NCBI RefSeq assembly: GCF_009914755.1
Contig: NC_060928.1
Length of the DNA: 64,000 nt
DNA from: the human T2T-CHM13v2.0 reference genome, Homo sapiens
Direction: 5' to 3' (one strand)
Position numbers and translations under genes: made by a program. This document shows positions 13,273 to 24,496 of this stretch, one piece after another (position 1 is the stretch's first letter; each line of letters begins with the position of its first letter). Under the pieces are notes generated by a model. The model saw only the letters and a program-made list of their open reading frames with translations. It searched no databases and had not been told where the DNA came from.

Positions 13273-14300
13273 CATCCATCTATTCAACAAATATTTATTG
13301 ACCGTCTACCATGAACCAGGGCTTGCTCTAGGTTGTGGTATATAGAACAGTGGACAAAATACTCAGAACTCTCTCACTTCACAGGGATTATATTGTGGTA
13401 ACAAGACTCAGGAAATGAAAAAAATTTAACTGTGTTAGTAATAAACGATAGAGAATAAAATAATTCAGGGAAGAGGTATGAATAGTACTGGGGTGTGTGT
13501 GTGTGTGTGTGCATGTGCATGCATGCGTGCATGTTTTGGGGATGGTGATGTCAATATTAAATAGTGTAGAGAAGGCTTTAAATGAAATTGTTACATTTAA
13601 GAGACTCGTAGAAGTTGATCACTCTGACATTTCTCCAGGCCTTCTTCATTTCTTTTTTCTGTCCTCCATTCCTTTTTAAATCTATTTCTTCTTCATACAT
13701 ACCACTGTCTAGAATAATCTCTCTCATATATATGGGTGTTTGTGTGCATGTGCATTGCGTGTGTGTGTGCATGTGTGTGTATAATCTTGTTTTCTAATCC
13801 CATTAGAACATAACCTCCATGAAGAAAGAGATTTTTGAATGTTTTGTTCAGTGTTTTGTCCCCAGATCCTAAAAAGTTCCTATGTCATAAAGAAGTGATA
13901 AATAAACATAATTAAATGAGAGATTGAATGAGTGGATGAAAAAGAACATTTAAGGGAGAGGAAACAGCACATGCAAAGGCCATGCTGTGAGAGTGTATCT
14001 GGTGAATAAAATGAGCAATCAAAAAGTCAGTGTAGCTGGAATGGAGTGAGATGGGAAACAACAGTAGAAGATGAAAGTAGAAAGGTAATGGAGTAGGGCA
14101 CGGGTGACAACCAATATAGGGCCCTTAGGTCACTGTAATTACTTTGACTCCTACTTTGAGTGAGATGGAAAGCTAATTGGATGGGTCATATTAGTGGCAA
14201 GACCTCACTTTTGTTTTTACAGGGTCACTCTGACCATTGTGTTGAGAATTGATTGAAAAGCCAAGAATGGAAGCAGAGGGACCAGTTAGGAGTTTATTGT
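13273..14300 (-). mobile_element. L2 3' fragment (minus) interrupted by a plus-strand L2 3' end (~13625-13940)
   Basis: ATTCAACAAATATTTATTGA at ~13282 is the reverse L2 tail; GGAAACAGCACATGCAAAGGC at 13960 continues it; the inner piece ends ATAAATAAAC...TGAATGAGTGGATGAA. Confidence 0.7.
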
Positions 14301-15227
14301 AAAAATGGCCTTCCCAGTATTTATTATTGTCCAATCTCTGTAAGTGTAACTGCCTTATTGTCTAGAGTGTTGTTTCTTCTCTTAAGTTCACAGCATGGAG
14401 AAATAAAAGCAAATATAAAGTGTCATTATAAATAAATTAAAGCAGAGAGAGAAAGATCCTGAAAATTATGTGAGTTGGCTTAAATCATGTACATGGAAGC
14501 AAACAGTGTATATCTACCCTTAATAAGCCAAGGTTTTACAATTTCAGTTAATGTAAATGAGAATAAAAGAAACACTTTAAATAATATAAAAATCTCCTGG
14601 CATAGAAGCTTTTAAATATATACCTTTGAATATAGGAAAAAAAGTTCATTCAATTATGTTTAAATGACAGTATAGTGTTTTCTAATCCTGACACAAAATA
14701 AATTCTCTGGACAGTTAAATTTAAAATGAGGCTCTAACATGTAGTCAAGACATTTCTTACTATAAATCAAATAATTTAGTCATAGAACTACACTAGAAAA
14801 TTAGTTTACTCATAATTCTGGCACATAATTTTTTATCTTAAATCTCCATTTAAATGAAATAAATTACGAGTAGTCAAAAGCTTGACTGTGACTGCAATGA
14901 GGATGCCAACAATCAATTCTATGTCAATAGGTTTGAAGAGCCTTAACACTCTATGATAATAGGTTTGATAAAAGGGCTTTGGAAAAACTCTATGTCAGAG
15001 ACATATTATTTCTTTCCCTGATACACACACAAACACACACACACACAGACTCACACTCACTTACCAATCCCCAAAGATCACTGACAAATATTCTAAAAGA
15101 CATGAAATAGTGAACTCTATTCTTTCATCTTGTATTTATATATCTGTTTGTATTTATTTGAAGGTATTTTAATTGTGTACTTCTAAAATGTTTTGTATTA
15201 ACATACAAAACTTAGTGGTATACCACA

Positions 15228-16452
15228 TGTGTTTGGCTGTTCCCATATTGCTATAAAGAAATACCTGAGACTGTGCTGGGCAACAGGGACCTGGGCCTGG
15301 CCCATGAAACCATTCTTTCCTCCTAGGCCTTTGGCCTGTGATGGGAGGGGCTTCCCTGAAGATCTCTGAAATGTCTTCAAGGCCTTTTTCCCCATTGTCT
15401 TGGCTATTAGCACTTGGCTTTTTAGTTATGTAAATCTCTCTATCAAGTGGTTGCTCCTCAGCCCACTTGGATTCTTCCCCTGAAAAATGGGCTCTTCTTT
15501 TCTACCACGTGGCCATGTTACAAAGTATCAAAACTTTCACACTTTGCTTTTCCTTTAAATATAAATTCCAACTTTAAGTCATTTCTTTGCTCGTGCGTCT
15601 GAGTAAAAACTGTTGGAAGCAGCTATATCACTTCTTGAACATTTTGCCACTTAGAATTTCCTCTGCCAGACACATTAGGTTGTGAGTCAGAAGTTCAAAC
15701 TTCCACAGATTCCCTAGGGTCTGGACCCAGTACAGCCAAGTTTTTTGCTAAGGCATAACAAGGATGACCTTTGCTCTAGTTTCCAAAAAATTTCTTATTT
15801 GCATTTGATACCTTGTCAGTCTGGACTTCACTGTCCATATCACTATCAGCATTTTGGTCACAATCATTTAGCCAGTATGTAAGAAATTCCAAACTTTCCC
15901 TCATCTTCCTGTCTTCTTCTGAGCCCTCAAAACTCTTCCAACCTCTGTCTGCTACCCAGTTCCAAAGTTGCTTTCACATTTTTAAGTGCCTTTATAGCAA
16001 CACCCCACTCCTTGATATCAATTTTCTGTGTTATGCCATTCTTGCATTGCTAAATGCAATAGAAATACCTGAGACTGGGTAATTTATAAAGAAAAATGTT
16101 TTAGCTGGCTCATGATTCTGCAGGCAGTACAGAAAACATGGCACTGAGCATCTGTTTGGCTTCTTGTGAGACCTCAGGAAGCTTATAATTATGGCAGAAG
16201 GCAAAGGGGGAGCCAGCCTATCACATAGTAAGAGCAGGAATAATTTGATGTTGGAGGAGGTGCCACACAATTTTCAACAACTAGGCCTCATGAGAACTCG
16301 CTACTGCAAAGACAGGACCAAGGGAATGGTGCTAGACTATTCATGAGAAATCTGCCCCCGTGATCTAATCACCTCCCCCCAGACCCCACCTGCAACATTG
16401 GGGAGTACAATTCAAAATGCAATTTAGAGGGGACAACATCCATACTATACAA
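15228..16452 (-). mobile_element. MST (MaLR) provirus remnant: complete LTR 16027-16452, MST-int ~15275-16026, truncated second LTR 15228-~15274
   Basis: Both LTR copies share TTGCTA..AGAAATACCTGAGACTG; internal THE1/MST-int-like sequence; TSD CCACA (15223-15227) / CCATA (16453-16457). Confidence 0.85.
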
Positions 16453-16811
16453 CCATACCTACAGCTTCTGTCTCTTGGCTTGAACGTGAGACTTTATTAA
16501 GCAAGTTTTGTGAAATTAATTTGAATCTGCATTTGCAATGGACCATACACTAATAAACTTCTCATTTCTGGGCTTAATAATTTTTTTTTAAAAAACACAT
16601 TTTTTTCACAAGAAAGAAGATGAAAATTGTTTGCTTTATAGCATATGTAAATTATCATAGTTTGAATTATTTCCATTCCTTAGCCATTGGTTTAGAAATA
16701 GTAACATCATTCTGGATTTAAATGAATGAAACTCCTGGGGTGAGATTTCATTATCATTAAATAGTTAAAGGAAGATTTTTAGGTGGAAGACTTTGTTAAT
16801 TTGTTTATATT

Positions 16812-17170
16812 TTGATATACAATTTGCAAGGTCTGCTGTAATAAAGTACCACAAATTGGGTGACTTAAACTGTAAAATTTATTGTATCACAGTTCTGCAG
16901 GCTGGAAGTCTGAAATAAAGGTGTCAGTAGGGTTGGTTCCTTCTGAGAGCTGTGTGCAGTAATCTGTTCCAAGAATCTCTTTCTCACCACTACCCCAATT
17001 TATGATGGTTTGCTGGCAATCTCTGGAATTATTTGGCTTGTAAAAGTACCCTAATCTCTGTACTCATCTTCACATGGCATTCTCCCTATAGCATGTCTGT
17101 CTCTGTGTCCAAATTACCCCTTTTTTTAAAGACACTAGTCATATTGGATTAGCACCCACCCTAATGAGCA
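16812..17170 (-). mobile_element. MLT1 LTR (MLT1C-like)
   Basis: CTGCTGTAATAAAGTACCACAAATTGGGTGACTTAAAC...CAGTTCTGCAGGCTGGAAGTCTGAAAT...GACACTAGTCATATTGGATTAG. Confidence 0.75.
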
Positions 17171-19286
17171 CTAAACATTTTCAGTAGAATTGTTTACTTA
17201 GCAAATTGTTTACTTACAGATGTTAAGTTCTCTCACGTTTCTTGTAAAATTCAATGCTTCTTTTGTGGCAGGTTGAATTTCAATTATGCATTCATCTCTT
17301 GAGTCAGTTCTAACACTTTAAATGCTTCAACGTTCCTTATATTCAGCAACTCATTTTTTAAGGGGGCATTGCTATGGTAGTTGGCTATCTTACTTGTATA
17401 AAAATATACAATAAATATATGTGTATATTTAATATTTGGAGGTACATCTAGGAATGGCTTGAGGTACATCACTGAACCCCTGCTATAGCATTCGTGGGTG
17501 AATGTATAGGTTTCAGAAAGATACCTGCAAATGCGTACGTCCAAGGTACAGAACCCCAAATGTAGGATTACTTCCTTCCTTCCCTCTTTTTTGAGTGGAG
17601 AATTAAAACTGACCCCACACTCCAAGGGAAAGACAGGCTCTTCTGGAGCCATGGTAACAAATAACTGCCAGAAACAGTTTAAATGCATTTAGTTAATCAC
17701 TACCAATTCTTCTCAGTGAATATGCTTCTGAAAGTCAACAAATCATTGATAGTCCATGCTTTGGAAAGCCAGGCAATCAGAAACATACTTCCTTCAATAA
17801 ACATGGCAGCCAATTAACAAGTATCTCAATCCGACAACCATGCTTCCATATAGGGTAAAAGCCCACTTAAGCCTTAGGAATTTTAAACATTAGTGCACTT
17901 TGTGTTTCCCAAAACCCTGAATAAGATCAGCAGTCTTCTCTGCTCAAAGAACATTGTGCCTGAGGGGTCTAGCTCTGTCTCAATATGCTAAGTAACTAAT
18001 TGAGCTTTGTCTTTTGTTAAATATTAAGTAATATTTTCACCATTCTTTAACAGATTGAACTGAACTACTGTCAGTCAATAAGTGGTAGTTCATGTTATAA
18101 TTGAGGTAATGCAAAGGATCAGATTGTCAAGCTGTACTCGACAGAAATCAAAGATATTACCCAATAGTAAATTTACTGACAATTGCAAGGATACAAGTAA
18201 TCCCGAGGTACAGATAAAGAAGGGAGATATCCTGTCAATGCAGATTTCTAGTCCCTTTCTCTCCTTAGCTTAGCATGTGATGTCTCTAAGTAATACACAT
18301 GGGATACAATATTTACACAGAAGAGAGCCTCTTCTGTCATGAAACATTTCCATTTTATATACAGATAGTTACTTTGCACATAAAATATTTTCCAGGAAAC
18401 CATTATCCATACATGCTAGATTTGTTTACTATAAAGAATTCTAGAGAACTGAGCATTCACAGGTAAGAACCTTTCCTCGAGCAAGTAAAAATTACTTTGT
18501 GGGTGTGTCCTCCTACTACAATGTCACCAATCACCAGGAAAAACAAAAAGGATTGTAGACCTGCTGCTCAATCCTTTTCTTGAAAATTATTATTGAATAT
18601 TAATAACATTTTAGAATAATAATAAAATGGTAAAATGAAACATTTTCTTTTAAAAGTAGAGGTTTTTTTTAGCCCTTGTTATTAAAATTAGTATTTAGAG
18701 ATAACTTTCCTAAAATAAAAGCAAACATTATGGAATAATGGGACACTGAGACAACTTCTGATTCCCCTGACAGTATTTAAACCAAAATGGGAAATAGAGT
18801 CTGTTGATAATATTACAGCACTAAACACCCTAAAACTTAAGCTAAATAGTGAATATGACGCATGTTTTAAAAATGTTCTTCGATATACTATTTAGAAGAA
18901 AAATCAGTTAAACCTGATTCTTTATCCTTAATCAAAACTCGCCATTGCCCGATCTCATAAGAACACATTGCATTATGTCCTATACCTGATCATGGAGTTA
19001 CTCAGATTTATCTGAATTAGGTCACCCAAGACCAGAGAATGAATAAAAATGGATTCCCACATCACAGATGCCAAGTGTGGTAGCTCATTTTCAAGATGGC
19101 TGCCAACAATTTCTTCTCTCTAAGTACATTCTGCTTCTTACATCTGTAGGAGGCCTAATTTTCACTTCCTCTCATGAATCTGGGATGGGACTTCTGACAC
19201 TAAGTCATAAGAAACCTTATTATAGTTTCTCCCTGATCCTCTTGGAATTTTTGCTTTTGAGTTGCTCCCTCTGGAAGCCCAGATAT

Positions 19287-20250
19287 TGAAGGGGTGGCCT
19301 GCCCCTCCACACCTGTGGGTGTTTCTCGTCAGGTCAGACGAGAGACTGAGAAAAGAAAGAGACACAGAGACAAAGTATAGAGAAAGAAAAGTGGGCCCAG
19401 GGGACCCACGCTCAGCATATGGAAGACCCATGCAGGCACCGGTCTATGAGTTCCCTCAATATTTATTGATCATTATCTCTACCATCTCGGAGAGGGGGAT
19501 GTGGCAGGACAATAGGGTAATAGTGGGGAGAGGGTCAGCAGGAAAACATGTGAACAAATGTCTCTGTGTCAAAAACAAGGTTAGAAAAGGTGCTGTGCTT
19601 TGATGTGTACACACATAAACATCTCTGGTGCATTAAAGAGCAGTATTGCCGCCAGCCTGTCTCACCTCCAGCCTTAAGGCGGTTTTCTCCTATCTTAGTA
19701 GATGGAACATACAATTGGGTTTTACACCGAGACATTCCATTGCCCAGGGATGAGCAAGAGACAGATGCCTTCCTCTTATCTCAACTGCAAAGAGGCCTTC
19801 CTCTTTTACTAATCCTCCTCTGCACAGACCCTTTAAGGGTGTCAGGCTGGGGGACCGTCAGGTCTTTCCCTTCCCACGAGGCCATATCTCAGACTATCAC
19901 AGGGGGGAAGCCTTGGACAATACCTGGCTTTCCTAGGCAGAAGTCCCTGTGGCCTTCCGCAGTGTATTGTGTCCCTGGGTACTTGAGATTAGAGAGTGGT
20001 GATGACTTTTAACAAGCATACTGCCTTCAAGCATTTGTTTAACAAAGCACATCCTGCATGGCCCTAAATCCATTAAACCTTGAGTCAACACAGCACAAGT
20101 CTCTGCGAGCACAGGGTTGGGGGTAGGGTTACAGATTAACAGCATCTCAAGGCAGAATTTTTCTTAGTACAGAACAAAATGGAGTCTCTTATGTCTACTT
20201 CTTTCTACATAGACACAGTAACAGTCTGATCTCTCTTTCTTTTCCCCACA
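19287..20250 (-). mobile_element. HERV-K(HML-2) solo LTR, LTR5A/LTR5B-type
   Basis: Minus strand starts TGTGGGGAAAAGAAAGAGAGATCAGACTGTTACTGTGTCTATGTAGAAAGAAGTAGAC and ends GGCCACCCCTTCA; 964 bp; exact 6-bp TSD AGATAT (19281-19286, 20251-20256); AATAAA on minus at 19462-19467. Confidence 0.96.
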
Positions 20251-20503
20251 AGATATCATGGTGTGAGAAGTCCAAATTACACGGATAGTCCATGTACAGG
20301 TGCTCTAGGTGACAGCCTGTTATTAGTCTGCTCAGGATTGCATAACAAAATACCATAGACTAGTTGGCTTAAATAAAATAAATTTATTTTCTCATAGTTC
20401 TGGAGGCTGGAAATCTGAGATCAAGGTGCCTGTATGATTGGGTTCTGTTGAAAGCTCTCTTCCTGGCTTGCAAAGGCCACCTCTCACTGTGTCTTCACCT
20501 TGC

Positions 20504-20700
20504 AGGGAGAGAGAGAGAGAGGAAAGAGAGAGAAAGAGAGGAAAGAGAGAGGGAGGAAAGAGAGAGAAAGAGAGGAAAGAGAGAGAGAGGAAAGAGAGAG
20601 AAAGAGAGGAAAGAGAGAGAGAGGAAAGAGAGAAAGGAGAGAGAGAGAGAGAGAAGAGAGAGGGAGAGGAAAGAGAGAGAGAGGAAAAAGAGAGGGAGAG
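20504..20700. repeat. 197-nt pure polypurine (GA/GGAAAGA) tract
   Basis: No C or T on the plus strand over the interval. Confidence 0.97.
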
Positions 20701-21189
20701 TGTTAGATATGAGTTCTAAATTTCTTTTCAAAGAATCAATATGTCAGTATGTTCAATTCTTCGCCTTCTACTTTTAAACTTCCTCATAAAGCAACCTTTT
20801 TTGATTACCTGCTCCACCCTGACTCATTTCAATCACCTACTCCACCCTGACTCATTCCTGTTACCTTCTGCACCCTAACTCATTCCGATTACCTGCTATG
20901 TGCTCCACCCTGACTCATTCTCCACCCTGCATAAGCATTTTTCCCGCCAAACCACTCACCCCGTCACTCTCTTTAAATTAGCCAGTCGGAATTAGTTTAG
21001 CCTGTGTGGTCTAACGCTAGCCAATAGGGGAACGACACAGCAGCAGGGCCCACATGCGTCAGGGTAAGAACCTCTTTCCCTCCCTTGTCCAAGTGTGCGC
21101 TCACCATTGCTTCATCTGTAAGGGCACACACTTCTATAGAAGTACCTTGCCTTGCTGAGACTTGCAGCACTGAAACTTTATTTATAACA
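20701..21189 (+). mobile_element. ERV1 solo LTR, LTR10A/LTR10F-like (HERV-I group), with internal ~28-bp VNTR
   Basis: Starts TGTTAGATATGAGTTCTAAATTTC, ends CTTTATTTATAACA; repeats of GATTACCTGCTCCACCCTGACTCATTCC; CCAAT at 21021; flanks GAGAG/GAAAG. Confidence 0.88.
20820..20917 (+). promoter_or_regulatory. Cluster of AP-1 motifs in the LTR10 VNTR
   Basis: TGACTCA at 20820-20826, 20848-20854 and 20911-20917; variant TAACTCA at 20876-20882. Motif presence only; activity not shown. Confidence 0.7.
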
Positions 21190-21635
21190 GAAAGAGAAAG
21201 AAAGAAAGCACTCAGGTGTCACTTCTGGGGGTAATGATCCCATACTACCCAGGGCCCTACCCTCATGAAATCATCTAAGTATAATGATCTCCCAAAGCAT
21301 CCATCTCCAAATACCATCATGTTGGTGGTTAGGGCTTCCATACATATACTTTGGGGGACACAAACATTCAATCCATAACACAGGCCTCAATGAGTTTCCA
21401 TCTCATAGATAGCATTAATTTCCATTATGGGAATAAGCAATCTTTAACATTCAGCCCAGTCAGATTTCAGATGACTGTAGCCCCAGCAAGCATTTAACCA
21501 CAACTGCATAATAAATTCCAAGCTAGAACCACTCAACCAACTGGAGTCAATATACAGAACCAGGAGTAATAATAAATTGCTTTATGACACCAAGTCTTGA
21601 GCTGGTTTATTATGCAACAAAAGCTAATCTGAATA

Positions 21636-22050
21636 GAAATTAGCACCAGAAGTTGAAGTGTTACCATAACAAAAACTATAACGTGGCATTGTTTTGGGAC
21701 CAGTAGGAGAGCAGTAGTTGAGAGTGTCTTAGGAGACTCAGTGAAGGCTGATGACGGCGAGATTTTGTAACTGAAGTCTGGAGAAAAGAGAGGATGCCCA
21801 TTATGTAGTGGCCTGAAAGTCTGGCAAAACTATTGACTGCAGTAATGTTGCAAAAATAAAATTATGCCTAACAAAATGCCATAGTTGGTTAAGAAAATTG
21901 CTAAGCAGAAGGTTGAAAATGTCAATTTTTTTTAAAGCCACCTATGATAAGTTATGGATATAGAGAAATAATAAAAAAGGAACTACTCATCAATCAAGCA
22001 GAATTTAGAGAAATATAATAAAGTTGCTACTTCCTAGGTTCAAAAAAACC
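21636..22050 (+). mobile_element. MLT1-int (MaLR internal) fragment following the MLT1H LTR
   Basis: GAAATTAGCACCAGAAGTTGAAGTGTTACCATAACAAAAAC directly after the LTR end resembles MLT-int 5' sequence. Confidence 0.6.
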
Positions 22051-22338
22051 TATTATCCCCCAAATATCAAAAGAATATAATTAAAAAGACACAAACTGAG
22101 AAATGACTCTATTCTTTATTTCTCTTATCCTATATTATTTTCATGATTCATCTTTTCAATCCATGATTTCTAGTACTTTAAACTTCTAAGCACTTTTGTC
22201 AAGCAAAACTGGCTTTTTAAAAAAATCATCTCTGCCCTGTGTCATTTTTAATTAGAATGGAAGGTATATTTTGAAAACATTATTAGAAATGTAATGTACA
22301 AACTAATTAGGGGTAAGGATTAGTGAGCATGTCTGGAT

Positions 22339-22950
22339 TGTACCAACCCTACACATTCCAAAGAAAGTTTTGGCCCTTGACCAGCTCCTGGGAAATAACT
22401 TCTAAGCCCTTGGAATATCTGGCTTGATGAGGATGTCTTTGTGCCTTGGTCCATCCTTGCACTGCTATAAAAAAATACCTGAGACTGGGTAATTTACAAA
22501 ACAGAGATTTAATTAGCTCACGGTTCTGCAGGCTATATAGAAAGCATGGCTGGAGGGTCCTCAAGGAGCTTTTACTCATGTCAGAAGGCAAAGCCAGAGC
22601 AGGCATCTTCACATGGAGCAGGAGGAACAGAGAGAGGGGGATGTGCTACACACTTTTAAGTGATCAGATCTCTTGAGAACTCTATCACAACTATAGTACC
22701 AAAAGGGGGAAACTCATTTCCATGACTAAATCACCTCCTACCAGGCCCCATCTCCAACACTAGGGATTAAAATTCAACATAAGATTTGGGTGTGGATACA
22801 GACTCAAACCATATCAGTGTGTTACCTGGAGTCTTGGGCCATGCCAGATAGTTTATGCTAACAATGTGCTTTTTGGTAGGGAGTTTTTGGCCATATGGTA
22901 TCAGTTTGACTTCTAGAGGAGCTGGAGACTGAATAAGGCCAGTCACAGAT
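22339..22950. mobile_element. MER21-like LTR interrupted by an MST LTR
   Basis: CTCCTGGGAAATAACTTCTAAGCCCTTGGAAT...[MST]...GGGCCATGCCAGATAGTTTATGCTAACAATGTG. Confidence 0.65.
22442..22816 (-). mobile_element. MSTA/MSTB solo LTR
   Basis: CTGCTATAAAAAAATACCTGAGACTGGGTAATTTAC...CAAACCATATCA; homologous to the LTR at 16027-16452. Confidence 0.85.
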
Positions 22951-23024
22951 GACCTAAATTTGATGACCTCCTGGTGACCTAAAGTTGTTACTTTATAGTG
23001 GTTAAAAAGTCACCAAAATTTTCT

Positions 23025-23130
23025 GGCCTCGGTTTCATTATTTATACAATGGGATAATGATAGATCCTCTACCTAGGTCATAAAGTTGTCACAAAAGCCA
23101 AAATATAATATTGGTAAAAATACACTGCAA
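23025..23130 (+). mobile_element. MIR core fragment
   Basis: GCCTCGGTTTCATTATTTATACAATGGGATAATGATA resembles the MIR core GCCTCAGTTTCCTCATCTGTAAAATGGGGATAAT. Confidence 0.6.
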
Positions 23131-24470
23131 GTTATGTGGTTTCAAATTCTATAACCACTGCTACCACTACCTGCCTTACAACCAGTATATATTATTTCTG
23201 TACAACTGTATTATTACTGTAAAACTGTAAAACTGAGGTCGAAAAGGCCAAGGGATTGAGACAGTCTTGCTTTAGCTAAAATCACATTAAAAAGTAATCT
23301 TCAGGCTTTTTTCCTCAAAATGATGTTAGGAAAATAATATTAATTAAAGAAGCTATTAGCATTAGCCATATTCTTAAACAAAATATATAGCCACCATTTT
23401 TTCTTTTTTGAGAGGGAGAAATATCTTCTACTAGAAGGTGCTGAATATAGTTTGTTTGTTTGTTTTATATTAACCACAATACATAATGAAAATATGAATA
23501 AAATTCTCTCCTTAGGGCCAAATTCTTCTTTCTTGAGCAAGAGAGAAAACCTAAAGACAAGCTATTTTGTTGTAGATTGTCAAAAAAAAAAAAAAAAAAG
23601 AGAGGCATTACAAACAACTGGAATTATTCAAGGAATCATGGAAAATAGGGACTGTCTAAATGAAAAAAAAAATCACCTCATTGCTCTTTACACTTCATTT
23701 GAGGATTTTATGCACTGTTAATTTATTCATTGAGTTCTGGTTCTAAATGCTCCAGTGGAATCAAGACTGCTTTTCTCAAGGGGCAGGGAAAATGCCATAG
23801 GGTTTTCAAATCAGAATTCGTGTTAATAATTCTAAAGCAAAGGCTTCTCTGCTGAAACAGAAAGATTAACTCTGCACGTATTCCTGTCCCTCACCTTTTA
23901 ATTTTTTTTTTTTTTTTGGCATTAACACAAAATGTGTTTTGTTGACTCATGGTGTGCCATATTAGTTAAATTAAACATCAAACATCTGTCTAACTTTAAG
24001 ATTCCAACATGAGTATGTTGGCAGTCTCAGTAAAACTGGGGCTGTTAAAGGCCTTCAATCAGTCAAAGGGATAGAGCTGCAGTAATGGCAAACTCAGCAA
24101 GCAATTACATCAAAGGATTTAAACTCTATTTCAGTAATGCCTTCTGGATAATGACATTGATCTCAGCACTCCCCTTGCAGATTTCCTGGTATTGCAAAGC
24201 AGGATTCTGCATAGTTTCGCATTTAGAAAAACACCATTCACCATTTCTTTTTATGTGAACATAGTTCAATTCTCTTGAATACACCTACACAGCTATTTCT
24301 ATAAAGCTAATAGACTTTTATTCATAAAGCCAAAATTCATGCTATGTACACAATCCTTTCTTTGTTCTTTTCTGTCACACCAATTTTGCCAAAGTGGTAG
24401 AAGTAATGAGAAGATTATGCTACCTTTTACACTCATACTATTTTTACCTTAACACAAGCAGTATAAACAG

Positions 24471-24496
24471 ATCAATCAATCAATCAATCAATCAAT
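24471..24496. repeat. (ATCA)n microsatellite
   Basis: About 6.5 perfect units. Confidence 0.9.

Larger units (their letters stand above)
20318..21380 (-). mobile_element. MLT1A/MLT1A0-like LTR, interrupted by a GA expansion and LTR10
   Basis: ATAACAAAATACCATAGACTAGTTGGCTTAAA...TTCTGGAGGCTGGAAATCTGAGATCAAGGTGCC, and after LTR10 GGGGACACAAACATTCAATCCATAACA; degenerate TSD CAGCC/CAGGC. Confidence 0.8.
19076..21635 (+). mobile_element. MLT1H-like LTR split by later insertions (pieces ~19076-19286, 20251-20317, 21381-21635)
   Basis: Starts TGTGGTAGC..CAAGATGGCTGCCAAC; ends AATAAATTG...GGTTTATTATGCAACAAAAGCTAATCTGAATA; the pieces join across the TSDs of the inserted elements. Confidence 0.7.

Noticed and set aside
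17284-17688. 134-aa minus-strand ORF in unique DNA
   Set aside because: No recognisable motif, poly(A) tail or TSD suggesting a gene or processed pseudogene; length is compatible with chance.
18061-18092. Hairpin TGAACTACTG...TGGTAGTTCA as an ncRNA or terminator
   Set aside because: Only a 10-bp stem; too short for a pre-miRNA and expected by chance in 64 kb.
19262-20145. ORFs within LTR5 as possible viral proteins
   Set aside because: Solo LTR with TSD and no internal gag/pol/env sequence.
20438-20777. ORFs encoding RE/RK-rich or SL-rich proteins
   Set aside because: Translations of the GA tract.
20795-20930. 28-bp periodic repeat as CRISPR-like array
   Set aside because: Head-to-tail units with no unique spacers, inside an LTR in primate DNA.
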